Source: Bacteroidales bacterium
GTDB lineage: Bacteria; Bacteroidota; Bacteroidia; Bacteroidales; JAGONC01
Assembly: GCA_023133655.1 (NCBI GenBank)
Contig: JAGLWB010000388.1
Span: forward strand, 1-49,091
DNA: 49,091 bases
Direction of reading: 5' to 3'
The stretch's first letter is position 1. Each line of letters begins with the position of its first letter. Shown here piece by piece: positions 30,565 through 40,761 of the stretch. The translations under genes were made by a program, and so were the position numbers. The notes under the pieces were generated by a model. That model worked only from the letters and a program-made list of their open reading frames with translations, was not told the origin of the DNA and did not search any database.

Positions 30565-33500
30565 ATGAAAAAGAAGGGACCTGAAGAAAAAAAGAAATCA
30601 GAAAACAATGCCATTAGCCCTGAATTGTACCAGTACCTGCTGGCAGAACGGCTTAAAGAATTATCCTGTATAAATCAAACCTCCCAAATACTCAGAGAAG
30701 GTAAGTCCATAGAAGAATCACTGCAGCAAATCAGTGAGATAATACCAAAGGCCTGGCAATATCCTGAGTTTACCGTTGCCAGAATCACATTCCGTGGAAT
30801 GGAATTTACCAGTCCAAACTTCAAAGAAACCCCCTGGTTTCTTAGCTATCCTTTTGCCACTATTGATAACCAGGAAGGAAGACTTGAAGTCTATTACCTG
30901 AAAGAGTTTCCATCCTCTGACGAAGGACCATTCTTAAAAGAAGAGCGAGACCTGATCAACAACCTGGCCGGAATAATCACCGGCTATTTAAACAGCGTTA
31001 AAGGAAAAACCCTTATTAAAAAGACAATTACTGATAAATCTGTGTTGGAAAAATTTTCACCGATAGCAGGGAAATCCAAATACAGCCGGCAGTTATTACA
31101 ATCATTTCTAAACAAAAGCAATCAAAACAGAGACATCTATCATGACTTGATGCCATTTAAAGTTAAAGAAATTTTGTTGGTCGCAAGCCTTTATGATGCT
31201 TATACCATAGAAAAGGAGGGTAAATTCTCTGAACATGTGCTTGAAGATTACCAACAACTCAACCTAACATCCATACCCCGGATTACCGGTGTGTCAACAC
31301 CGGAAGAGGCAATGGAGGAATTGCGAAAGAAACATTTTGACCTGGTGATTATCATGGTTGGGGTTGATAAAAAAGCACCATTAGGCCTCAGTTGTAAAGT
31401 TAAAAATGAATTTCCTTACATTCCTATCTTCCTCCTGCTGAATAATAATAGTGACATTGCATTTTACAATAAACAGGGTAAAAAAACAAAACACATTGCT
31501 AAAATATTTATATGGAATGGCGAGTCGAAGATGTTCTTTGCCATGATCAAACATGTTGAAGATAAAATCAATGCCGAGAATGATACAAAAATAGGCCTGG
31601 TAAGGATTATTCTCCTTGTTGAAGATTCAGCCATTTACTACTCCAGGTATTTACCCTTACTTTACAGTGTGGTGATGGATCAAACCAAACGCATCATGGA
31701 TGATGTCAGCACAGACGACCTTTACAAAGTCCTAAAACTCCGAGCCAGGCCAAAAATCCTGTTAGCAACAACTTTCGAGGAAGCGCTGAGTATTATTAAT
31801 CATTTCAAAGAATACATGCTTTGTTTGATCACTGATATGAAGTTTGAAAAAGAGGGCCGTTTGGATGAAAATGCCGGTGTAAGCCTGATCACAAATATCC
31901 GTAAAAAGTTTCCTCGATTGCCGATCATTTTACAATCATCCGAAACAACAAATGAGCGCATTGCACACGAACAAAAAGTGACCTTTATAGATAAAAACTC
32001 TGAAACCCTGTCACAGGATTTTAAGAGTTTTATTACCCATTACCTGGGCTTCGGTAACTTCGTGTATAAAAACAGTAAGGGAAAACAGATTGCTATCGCC
32101 AGATCACTTGATGAGTTTGAAAAACACCTGAGAACAATCCCGGATGATTCAATTCTTTATCACGCCAGGCGTGATCATTTTTCATTATGGTTAATGGCCA
32201 GGGGAGAGATACAAGCGGCAAAAGTCCTTCACCCGCGACGTACTTCAGATTTTAAAAATGCACCAAATATCAGGGAATACCTTATCAGTGTTATCAATAA
32301 ATTCAGAGATGAAAAGGACAGAGGAATGGTTATCCCTTTTAAGGCAACCTCTCTTCTCGATGAAAAAAACATCGTTAGCCTAATGCCAGGATCCTTGGGA
32401 GGTAAAGGCAGGGGTGTGACTTTTATCAACAACCTTATCTATAATTTTGATTTTTCGGCCCATGTGCCCAATATTAATATAAAGGCACCCATCACAGCTG
32501 TTATAGGAACAGAAGAATTTGAATATTTCCTGCAGCGAAATAAATTATATGACACAATCCTGAATCATCAGAATTATGAAGAAATTAAACGACTCTTCAT
32601 CAAAGGCAACCTAACACAAACGTTGATCAGCAAACTGAAAGTTGTTTTAAAAAACATAACCAAACCTATAGCTGTCAGATCATCAGGATTGTTTGAAGAC
32701 TCAATGATGCAGCCTTTTGCCGGTATCTTCGAAACCTTCTTATTGCCCAATAATCATCCCGATTTTAATGTTCGCCTCGAACATCTTACGAATGCCATCA
32801 AAATGGTTTTTGTATCCGTTTACTCACCGATTTCCCGCTCTTATATTGAGGCAGTTCATTATAAAATAGAGGAAGAAAAGATGGCAGTTGTAATCCAGGA
32901 AGTAGTAGGGAATCAATTCGGCAACACCTATTATCCACATATTAGCGGAGCAGCTCAATCATACAACTTCTATCCTTTCTCACATATGAAACCCGAAGAG
33001 GGTTTTGCTGTTATTGCTCTCGGACTGGGAAAATATGTTGTTGAGGGTGAGAAAGCATTTCGATTCTCTCCAAAATACCCAAATGCGGTCATAGATTCTC
33101 CAAAAGATCAATTCCGTAATTCTCAGGTTAATTTTTTTGCTGTTGATATGAATAAGAAAAATATTGACCTGTTGGAAGGAGATACTGCCGGGCTTATTCG
33201 ATTGGATATCGATGATGCAGAAATGCACGGGACGATGATCCACAGTGCTTCTGTTTACGATATAGATAATAACAGAATTACGCCCGGCTTGTCAGTACCC
33301 GGTCCCAGAATCCTGAATTTTGCCGATATTCTAAAGTATAATTACGTACCGCTGGCAAAAACCATTGAAATAGTCCTTGATGTTGTAAAAGAAGCCCTCG
33401 GATCCCCTGTTGAAATTGAGTTTGCAGTAGATCTGAAAAAAGACAGCAACTACAAAGCATCCTTTTATCTGCTTCAGATAAAACCCCTTATTGGAAGTGC

Positions 33501-34047
33501 TCAGGATTACAAAATCAACATGTCGGAGATCGATAAAAATCAAATATTACTTTATACTGAGAAGGGAATGGGAAACGGATTGATCAGTAACATTTGCGAT
33601 ATAGTTTACATCGACCGGGAAAAATTTGATAAAAGTAAAACGATTGAAATGGCTGAGGAGATTGAAAAAATAAATCAGGATTTTTTCAAAAAGAAAAAGC
33701 AATATATACTGATAGGGCCAGGCAGATGGGGCACCCGCGACAGATGGATTGGGATACCAGTAAAATGGCCCCAAATCTCTCAAGCCAAAATAATTGTAGA
33801 AACCAGCCTGGAGGGATATCCACTAGATGCATCTTCAGGATCACACTTTTTCCATAACCTCACTTCTATGAATGTAGGTTATTTCTCTATTCAGAACGAA
33901 ACCCCAGGCGCTTATATTAACTGGGAAATTCTCGAAAAACAAAAAGATGTAAAAGTAAACGGGTTCTTTAAACATATCCGGTTTGATTCGCCTTTATCTA
34001 TTAAAATGGATGGGAAAAAGCGGATAGCGGTGATAGCATTAGGGTAG
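30565..34047 (+). CDS. GAF-like + receiver domains + PEP/pyruvate-binding (PPDK_N ATP-grasp) multidomain protein, paralog 1
   Basis: N-terminal ERLKELSC..AWQYPE..EGPFLKEER GAF-like unit; REC (LLVED..LITD..LQSS..FIDK); GGKGRG, AVRSSGLFED..FAG, VEIEFA, LLQIKP; C-terminal SSGSHFFHN. Likely ATG at 30565. Confidence 0.85.
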   Translation: MKKKGPEEKKKSENNAISPELYQYLLAERLKELSCINQTSQILREGKSIEESLQQISEIIPKAWQYPEFTVARITFRGMEFTSPNFKETPWFLSYPFATIDNQEGRLEVYYLKEFPSSDEGPFLKEERDLINNLAGIITGYLNSVKGKTLIKKTITDKSVLEKFSPIAGKSKYSRQLLQSFLNKSNQNRDIYHDLMPFKVKEILLVASLYDAYTIEKEGKFSEHVLEDYQQLNLTSIPRITGVSTPEEAMEELRKKHFDLVIIMVGVDKKAPLGLSCKVKNEFPYIPIFLLLNNNSDIAFYNKQGKKTKHIAKIFIWNGESKMFFAMIKHVEDKINAENDTKIGLVRIILLVEDSAIYYSRYLPLLYSVVMDQTKRIMDDVSTDDLYKVLKLRARPKILLATTFEEALSIINHFKEYMLCLITDMKFEKEGRLDENAGVSLITNIRKKFPRLPIILQSSETTNERIAHEQKVTFIDKNSETLSQDFKSFITHYLGFGNFVYKNSKGKQIAIARSLDEFEKHLRTIPDDSILYHARRDHFSLWLMARGEIQAAKVLHPRRTSDFKNAPNIREYLISVINKFRDEKDRGMVIPFKATSLLDEKNIVSLMPGSLGGKGRGVTFINNLIYNFDFSAHVPNINIKAPITAVIGTEEFEYFLQRNKLYDTILNHQNYEEIKRLFIKGNLTQTLISKLKVVLKNITKPIAVRSSGLFEDSMMQPFAGIFETFLLPNNHPDFNVRLEHLTNAIKMVFVSVYSPISRSYIEAVHYKIEEEKMAVVIQEVVGNQFGNTYYPHISGAAQSYNFYPFSHMKPEEGFAVIALGLGKYVVEGEKAFRFSPKYPNAVIDSPKDQFRNSQVNFFAVDMNKKNIDLLEGDTAGLIRLDIDDAEMHGTMIHSASVYDIDNNRITPGLSVPGPRILNFADILKYNYVPLAKTIEIVLDVVKEALGSPVEIEFAVDLKKDSNYKASFYLLQIKPLIGSAQDYKINMSEIDKNQILLYTEKGMGNGLISNICDIVYIDREKFDKSKTIEMAEEIEKINQDFFKKKKQYILIGPGRWGTRDRWIGIPVKWPQISQAKIIVETSLEGYPLDASSGSHFFHNLTSMNVGYFSIQNETPGAYINWEILEKQKDVKVNGFFKHIRFDSPLSIKMDGKKRIAVIALG

Positions 34048-34075
34048 CAGATTAACGATTAACAAATAGCTGATA

Positions 34076-35476
34076 TCATAACCACACTCCGGTATTCAAA
34101 TACTCGTGAATCCCCCGTGCTGCCACTTTCCCAGCCCCCATAGCCAAAATGACCGTTGCAGCTCCTGTAGCAACATCTCCGCCGGCAAAAACACCCTTTT
34201 TGGATGTTTTACCTGTTTGAGGATCTGTTTTAATCGTTCCCCATTTCGTAACTTCAATATCTTTTGTTGTTGAGGAAATCAAAGGATTGGGGCTGTTACC
34301 AATAGCAATGATGACCACATCGACAGGAATCTTAAAATTGGCTCCTTCAATTGGAACAGGCCTTCTTCTTCCGGAATCATCAGGTTCGCCCAATTTCATC
34401 TTGATGCATTCTGCTTCTTTAACCCAACCGTTTTCATTACCGATGTAAGCCGCGGGGTTTGACAAGAGGTTAAATATAACGCCTTCTTGTTCAGCATGAT
34501 GGATCTCTTCCTCTCTGGCAGGCATTTGTTCCCGGGCCCTGCGGTAAATCAATATCGACTCTTCAGCACCCAGCCGCAATGCTGTCCGGGCACAATCCAT
34601 TGCAACATTGCCTCCTCCAACCGTAGCAACTCTTTTTCTTCGAATGATCGGAGTTTTATACTTGGGAAAAAGATAGGCTTTCATCAAATTGGCACGTGTA
34701 AGGTACTCATTTGCCGAATAGACACCATTGAGGTTCTCTCCGGGTATTTTCATGAACCATGGAAGTCCTGCTCCAGTCCCAAGGAAAACAGCATCGAACT
34801 CATCAAGTAACTCATCAATGCTTTTAATCATCCCGATAACATAATCTGTAAATATCTTAACACCAAGCTGCTTAAGAAAGTCTATTTCCTTGAATACGAT
34901 ATTCTTGGGCAATCTGAACTCAGGAATTCCATAAACAAGAACACCGCCTGGTTCATGAAGGGCTTCATAAATAACAACACCATGGCCCATTTTAGCCAAA
35001 TCAGCTGCAGCCGTGATACCAGCAGGGCCGGCACCTACTATAGCAATCTTTTTACCGGTGGAAGGAGGTAAAGAAGGTATTTGAATATCATCCTGGTCAC
35101 GCTCCCAGTCAGCCAGAAACCGCTCCAGCCTGCCAATGGCAATTGGTTCGTTTTTCTTTCCAACCACACATCTGATCTCACACTGCTCTTCCTGAGGGCA
35201 TACACGACCACAAATCGCCGGAAGAATATTCTTCTCCTTAAGCAGGTTAACCCCTTCCCTGAATTGATTCTGAGCAATAAAATTGATAAATCCCGGGATG
35301 TCAATCTCAACCGGACATCCTTGAACACACAAAGGTTTCTTGCACTGAAGACAGCGTTGGGCTTCCAGCACAGCCTCTTCAGAAGAATAGCCATAAGGAA
35401 CCTCGTTGAAGTTTCTGATACGTTCTTCAGGTGGCTGTTCCCTCATTGGGGTTTTCTTTGGACTTATCTTACCCAT
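34076..35476 (-). CDS. NfnB/SudA-like NADPH-dependent flavo-Fe-S oxidoreductase (GltD-like large subunit)
   Basis: RCLQCKKPLCVQGCP, CGRVCPQEEQCE, GAGPAG, YGIPEFRLP, GGGNVAMDCAR, YRR, GGDVATGAATVILAMGAG. Confidence 0.92.
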   Translation of the reverse strand: MGKISPKKTPMREQPPEERIRNFNEVPYGYSSEEAVLEAQRCLQCKKPLCVQGCPVEIDIPGFINFIAQNQFREGVNLLKEKNILPAICGRVCPQEEQCEIRCVVGKKNEPIAIGRLERFLADWERDQDDIQIPSLPPSTGKKIAIVGAGPAGITAAADLAKMGHGVVIYEALHEPGGVLVYGIPEFRLPKNIVFKEIDFLKQLGVKIFTDYVIGMIKSIDELLDEFDAVFLGTGAGLPWFMKIPGENLNGVYSANEYLTRANLMKAYLFPKYKTPIIRRKRVATVGGGNVAMDCARTALRLGAEESILIYRRAREQMPAREEEIHHAEQEGVIFNLLSNPAAYIGNENGWVKEAECIKMKLGEPDDSGRRRPVPIEGANFKIPVDVVIIAIGNSPNPLISSTTKDIEVTKWGTIKTDPQTGKTSKKGVFAGGDVATGAATVILAMGAGKVAARGIHEYLNTGVWL

Positions 35477-35480
35477 TTTA

Positions 35481-36290
35481 CTATCTTTCTTTCGATATGA
35501 TCTCTTCTTCCAAATATGCCTTGCGCCTGGTCAATACAACATCCCAATCTACCTCATGTCCATCAAAATGAGGACCATCAACACAAGCAAATTTTGTTAC
35601 CCCTCCTACTAAGAGCCTGCAAGCACCACACATACCTGTTCCGTCAATCATTACAGGATTCATACTAACAATAGTTTTAATTCCAAATGGCTTGGTAGCC
35701 TGGGATACCCTGTACATCATATAAGTACATCCAACAGCCATAATCCGGTCAAATCTTTCTCCAGATGCAAGATCATCCACCAAACGGTCATATGAATGTC
35801 CTTTCGTTCCCTGTGAACCATCTGTGGTAGAATACCGCACTTCATCAGAGGCTTCTTCAAGTTTTTTATTCCAGTATAATAAAAACTTACTCCTGGCCTC
35901 AGAATAACTCACAACTTTATTCCCTGCTTCTTTCAAAGCTCTGGCTGCCGGAAAGATGCCCCCGATACCATAACATCCCCCAACCAGGGCTACCGACCCA
36001 AACGCATTAATCTCAAAAGCCTTTCCAAGAGGTCCTGTAAAAGAATATATCTCATCTCCTTCACGCAATTCAGCAAGTCGCCGGGTTGCTGCTCCGATCT
36101 CCAGGAATATTATGGAAACAGTACCTTTGTCAGCATCCCAATCAGCAATCGTTATTGGGGTTCTTTCACTGTATTTATCCGGAATGACAATAACGAACTG
36201 GCCAGGAAGGGCTTTTCTGGCAATATCAGGCGCCATGACAACGAACTCATAGACATTTGGAACAATATGTCTCTTATTAATAATTTTCAT
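35481..36290 (-). CDS. NfnA/SudB-like FAD/[2Fe-2S] subunit (atypical NAD-binding motifs)
   Basis: PGQFVI, ERTPITIAD, GPLG, MIDGTGMCGACR...ACVDGP. Confidence 0.9.
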   Translation of the reverse strand: MKIINKRHIVPNVYEFVVMAPDIARKALPGQFVIVIPDKYSERTPITIADWDADKGTVSIIFLEIGAATRRLAELREGDEIYSFTGPLGKAFEINAFGSVALVGGCYGIGGIFPAARALKEAGNKVVSYSEARSKFLLYWNKKLEEASDEVRYSTTDGSQGTKGHSYDRLVDDLASGERFDRIMAVGCTYMMYRVSQATKPFGIKTIVSMNPVMIDGTGMCGACRLLVGGVTKFACVDGPHFDGHEVDWDVVLTRRKAYLEEEIISKER

Positions 36291-38887
36291 CAGTCAACAT
36301 CTTCAATTTTTGCATTGACAACACATCTTTCAGGGCTTAAGCCATCTGAGAATAAAGGAAGATCATCCCATGTTGGTTTAATGTAAGCTGCTTTACCATT
36401 GAGCCCAGACATTATCTTAACTTTAAAAACTTTTTTCCCAAATGTTGTGATTAACCTGACTTTTTCTCCATCCCGGGCTGTTAAATCCCTTAGTAACTTC
36501 TCAGAAACAAAAAGCACACTCTCTTCCCGTATTGCCTTCATGTCAGGAATCAGGGCAGATAATAAATTTCCCATGTAGTGAAAATGGTTTGGTTCAATGA
36601 TAACCTGGACAGGAAATTTATTGGATTTTCTGTGCTCTGTTCGGTTAACACTCATGAGCCTTTTGCTCTCAAATTCCGCAGTTGAAAAAGACAAATCAAT
36701 AACCGATTTTATTTCTGATAATATCATGTTCGCCCTTTTATATCCAAAGCCGTCTTGCCGCATTCCTTCTGCAATTTCTTGCATCGTTGCCCATGCAGGC
36801 CTGGCAAGCCCGGGCGGTTTAATCACAGGGGTAAATTTTTTCAACGATCGTTCAACATCAATAATGTGTCCTTCTGTTTCAGTAAAACTGCAAAGAGGTA
36901 ATACAATGTTTGCATAGTCAGACGTCTGGCTGAGAAACATGTTTTGCTGGACCATAAATTCCAGGTCGGCCAGGTTTTTGTGAGGCGGCATATCACCCAT
37001 TACAAACAGAGCCCTGATGCCGTCATTTGAAATATTCTTAATCATTTCATTGGCTGAAAGGCCTTTCTGATGAGGCAATTTTGTATTCCACAAACCAGCC
37101 CATTTATTATGATCTACTCTGTTGTGGACTCTGGCAAACCCGGCAAAATAATCAGGGTGGATGCCAACAAGTGTCCCACCGTACCTGTTTCCTTCATCTA
37201 ATAAAAATAATACACGGTTGTTTTCCAAACCACCAAGCAGGCGAGAAATATTGATTAAAAGATTAAAACTATTTTCGCTTTCCGGGCTTCTTAATATCCA
37301 TTCTCCAACAATGATATTGATTTTTCTGCTTTTGACCAGTGTACGAGCGAACTGTTCTATTTCTTCCATTCTGAACCCACCTATGCGTTCCAGCTTCCTT
37401 TGATTTGAATTCTCAAGAAGTTCCCGTACACTATCAGGCAATCTCTTTTTTAAAACGACACTTATATATGCCATCAGCATTGAAAGAAATGAATATTCCT
37501 TTCCCGGGTTGAAATTCACAAACAGATTCGAAAAGTCTGCTGTTCGGTTGTTGTGGGTGTGGGCAACCACGACCTGCTTTCCATTTTTATACGCTTTTCT
37601 GATCCTGTTCTCAACGATCGGGTGAGACGAGTAAGCCTGAGAACCAATTACAAATATGGTATCGGCACTTTCTATCTTGTTGAGCCCGATTGGAGGGAAA
37701 GCATTATAATACTCGTGAATCTTTTTCAATAAATTTTTACCGGGATATGAAAACAAAAGATCCACATTATTGGATTTCATGACCTTTCGGGTAAACTTTT
37801 GAAGGATGTAATTATTCTCAATCGAATCCTGTGCGGAGCCAATCATTCCAAACTGGCTTCCCTTGTATTTTTCGAGATTCCTTGCAATATACCGAATAGC
37901 ATCATCCCATGCTATTTCTACCCACCTGTTCTCTTTTTTAAGGAGAGGTTTATTAATCCTGTCGGGATGGTGAACAATGTCACCCGGAACAAATTTACCT
38001 CTGACGCATAGCTGAAGCGGCGCTGTTCTTTTACCAGGCTCAGGCCCAACATTAATGATTCTGTTACCTTTGGAATTTACATTCATTTTACATCCAACCG
38101 GGCATAAAACACAGGTTGTTATTGTTGAATTATCAGGACAACCAACCCAGCTCCCCATTTTTTCAGCTATCGATCCTGTCGGGCATACATCCACGCAAGC
38201 TCCGCAATATTCACATCCGGCATCTTTTTGTGACTCAAGAAAAGCAGTACCGACGAGGGTTGCATTTCCACGCTGAACAAAGGCCAGCACTCCACTGTTC
38301 CGTTCCTCGTTACAGATTCTCACACACCTGCCACATAAAACACACAGGTTATAATCAAGTTCATAAAAAGGATTGTCTTTTACCGGTTCTAATCCCCTGT
38401 AAGCAATTGGGAACCTGACATCCTTAAGTTCAAGGTATTCGACCAGATCCTGCAACTCACAATCTCCGTTTCTTGTACAAAAATTACATCCAGTGGTAAC
38501 GCCTACCTTTCTTGTACTATGCATATACTCTGAGCAATCATTTTTATCCTTGCAAATAAGACAAGTAAAGGTATGCTCAGAAAGGATAAGCTCAAGGATA
38601 TCTCTTCTGAGTATTTGAAGATCTGCTGTTTTTGTAATTATTTCCATTCCCTGACATACAGGCGTAGTACAGGCAGTTTGGTAGCCTTTTGAATTTTTTA
38701 TCTCAACCATACATAGGCGACACCCTCCATAATGTGGAAGGTTATCAAGATAGCAAAGTGTGGGGATATAAATCCCGGCTTTCCTGGCAGCTTCCAGTAT
38801 AGTTATACCTTCGGACACCATCATGGATTTGCCATCGATGGTAATCGATATTTTTTTGATTTTTTTCTTTTCAATAACTTCAGTCAT
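36290..38887 (-). CDS. NuoG/FdhA-like Fe-S subunit with molybdopterin-oxidoreductase fold lacking the Mo/W ligand
   Basis: [2Fe-2S] IPTLC..CRLC..TAC; His-ligated HxxxCxxCx5C; 2x[4Fe-4S]; TCVLCPVGC..LCVRG. NNVDLLFSYP stands where FDHs have NNVDxxARx(C/U)H. Confidence 0.85.
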   Translation of the reverse strand: MTEVIEKKKIKKISITIDGKSMMVSEGITILEAARKAGIYIPTLCYLDNLPHYGGCRLCMVEIKNSKGYQTACTTPVCQGMEIITKTADLQILRRDILELILSEHTFTCLICKDKNDCSEYMHSTRKVGVTTGCNFCTRNGDCELQDLVEYLELKDVRFPIAYRGLEPVKDNPFYELDYNLCVLCGRCVRICNEERNSGVLAFVQRGNATLVGTAFLESQKDAGCEYCGACVDVCPTGSIAEKMGSWVGCPDNSTITTCVLCPVGCKMNVNSKGNRIINVGPEPGKRTAPLQLCVRGKFVPGDIVHHPDRINKPLLKKENRWVEIAWDDAIRYIARNLEKYKGSQFGMIGSAQDSIENNYILQKFTRKVMKSNNVDLLFSYPGKNLLKKIHEYYNAFPPIGLNKIESADTIFVIGSQAYSSHPIVENRIRKAYKNGKQVVVAHTHNNRTADFSNLFVNFNPGKEYSFLSMLMAYISVVLKKRLPDSVRELLENSNQRKLERIGGFRMEEIEQFARTLVKSRKINIIVGEWILRSPESENSFNLLINISRLLGGLENNRVLFLLDEGNRYGGTLVGIHPDYFAGFARVHNRVDHNKWAGLWNTKLPHQKGLSANEMIKNISNDGIRALFVMGDMPPHKNLADLEFMVQQNMFLSQTSDYANIVLPLCSFTETEGHIIDVERSLKKFTPVIKPPGLARPAWATMQEIAEGMRQDGFGYKRANMILSEIKSVIDLSFSTAEFESKRLMSVNRTEHRKSNKFPVQVIIEPNHFHYMGNLLSALIPDMKAIREESVLFVSEKLLRDLTARDGEKVRLITTFGKKVFKVKIMSGLNGKAAYIKPTWDDLPLFSDGLSPERCVVNAKIEDVD

Positions 38888-38895
38888 CCTATATT

Positions 38896-40761
38896 CTATT
38901 CTATTACAATAGCATCACCTGCAATGGCATCAAACCGGCAGACCTCGTAACATGCCCTGCATTTGATACATTTCTCCGGATCAAGGTTATGAGGTTCACT
39001 ACGCGGCCCGGTAATAGCGCCTGTTGGGCACACCTCAACACACCGCTGACAACCCGTACATTTTTCTTTAATAACCCTGTATTCCACAAGGTCACGGCAA
39101 ACGGCAGCCGGACAGCGGTGGTCAATTATATGAGCCTCGTACTCATTCCTGAAATATTTTAAAGTAGTCAACACAGGGTTTGGGGCCGTTTGTCCAAGCC
39201 CGCATAACGAACCCATATTGATGGTGCCGGCCAGATTCTCAAGAATCTCAATATCTTCCATGACCCCTTTTCCTTCTGTGATCTTATTCAGGATCTCAAC
39301 CATTTTTCTTGTACCGATACGGCATGGAGTACACTTGCCACAGCTTTCCTGGCTTGTGAACCTAAGAAAATATTTAGCCACATCGACCATACAGGAATGT
39401 TCATCCATAACGATAAGGCCACCCGAACCCATGATAGACCCGGCAGAAGCCAGTGATTCATAATCAATGGGTAGGTCAAGGTAATCTTTCGACAGGCACC
39501 CACCTGAAGGACCGCCTGTTTGCACAGCCTTGAAAGGTTTATACGTTCCTCCTCCGATATCAAATATAATCTCTCTGAGCGTTGTTCCAAGTGGAACCTC
39601 AATCAATCCGGTTCTTCTGACTTTCCCAACCAGGGCAAAGGTCTTGGTTCCCTTGCTTTTTTCTGTTCCATAACCGGCATACCATTCCCCACCCTTTCGA
39701 AGAATATTGGGAATAGTACCAAGTGTTTCAACATTATTGATGGTTGTTGGTTTTCCATGTAGGCCGGAAATCGCTGGAAAGGGAGGCCGTGTTCGGGGCA
39801 TTCCCCGATGGCCTTCTATCGACGCTATCAAAGCCGTTTCCTCTCCACAGACAAAAGCCCCTGCGCCTTCTTTCAATTTTATATCAAAATCAAATCCACT
39901 GTTTAAAATATCCTTACCCAAAAAGCCGGAGTTCTTCATTTGGTCAATCGCCTTGATCAAACGCTCAATTGCCAATGGATATTCAGCCCGAATATAAATA
40001 TACCCAAAGGTTGCACCAATAGCAAAAGCAGCGATCAGCATCCCTTCCAACAAAGCAAATGGATCTCCTTCAATCAACGACCTGTTCATAAAAGCTCCGG
40101 GATCACCTTCGTCTGCATTGCAAATCAGGTATTTGGGGCTACCTTTTGCCTTCCGGCAAAATTGCCATTTTCTAAAAACAGGGAACCCTGCTCCACCCCT
40201 GCCCCTTAACCCGGAAACCTTTAACTCATCTATAATACCTGCTGCACCCATATTAAGTGCATTAATCAAGCCCTGAAATCCGTCTCTTGCTATATAATGC
40301 ATTATATTTTCCGGATCGATGATACCACAGTTGCGCAGAACAATACGCTTCTGATTTTTTAGCATGGGGAGGTCCCAAAAAGATTCTGTACCGTTAATTT
40401 TTCCCTCCGGCGCACCCAGGTGCCCCAGTGGTTTAAGTTTCGCCCCTCCGGTAAACAAATAGTCATCCAGGAGTTTTTCTGCACGTTCAGCATCAACATT
40501 GTTGAAAATAAACCGTGGGGATCCGGGAAGCTGGATGTCGAGGAAAGGCTCCAGGTAACAAGGACCGATACATCCAACTTTTATCAGGTCTACCTTCCTT
40601 TTCGATTTTAACAAGGCTTTCTGTACGCTGTTCCATACCGCCCCTGCTCCGGAAGCTAATCCGCAACTTCCCATGCCAATATAAATAACGGGATGTTGGC
40701 TATGCTGAAGCGCCTGCCATTCCTCTGTTGCCCTTTTTTGTATAGCGAGTATATCACTCAT
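38896..40761 (-). CDS. NuoF/HydB-like FMN/NADH-binding subunit with C-terminal 2x[4Fe-4S]
   Basis: SGLRGRGGAGFP, CNADEGDPGAFMNR, GAFVCGEETAL, GGPSGG, ESCGKCTPCR, SLCGLG, C-terminal CTGCQRC/CIKCRAC. Confidence 0.93.
   Translation of the reverse strand: MSDILAIQKRATEEWQALQHSQHPVIYIGMGSCGLASGAGAVWNSVQKALLKSKRKVDLIKVGCIGPCYLEPFLDIQLPGSPRFIFNNVDAERAEKLLDDYLFTGGAKLKPLGHLGAPEGKINGTESFWDLPMLKNQKRIVLRNCGIIDPENIMHYIARDGFQGLINALNMGAAGIIDELKVSGLRGRGGAGFPVFRKWQFCRKAKGSPKYLICNADEGDPGAFMNRSLIEGDPFALLEGMLIAAFAIGATFGYIYIRAEYPLAIERLIKAIDQMKNSGFLGKDILNSGFDFDIKLKEGAGAFVCGEETALIASIEGHRGMPRTRPPFPAISGLHGKPTTINNVETLGTIPNILRKGGEWYAGYGTEKSKGTKTFALVGKVRRTGLIEVPLGTTLREIIFDIGGGTYKPFKAVQTGGPSGGCLSKDYLDLPIDYESLASAGSIMGSGGLIVMDEHSCMVDVAKYFLRFTSQESCGKCTPCRIGTRKMVEILNKITEGKGVMEDIEILENLAGTINMGSLCGLGQTAPNPVLTTLKYFRNEYEAHIIDHRCPAAVCRDLVEYRVIKEKCTGCQRCVEVCPTGAITGPRSEPHNLDPEKCIKCRACYEVCRFDAIAGDAIVIE

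Noticed and set aside
36290-38887. Formate dehydrogenase (including selenocysteine) or [FeFe]-hydrogenase
   Set aside because: No in-frame TGA, no Cys/Sec-His ligand motif after NNVD, and no H-cluster motifs.
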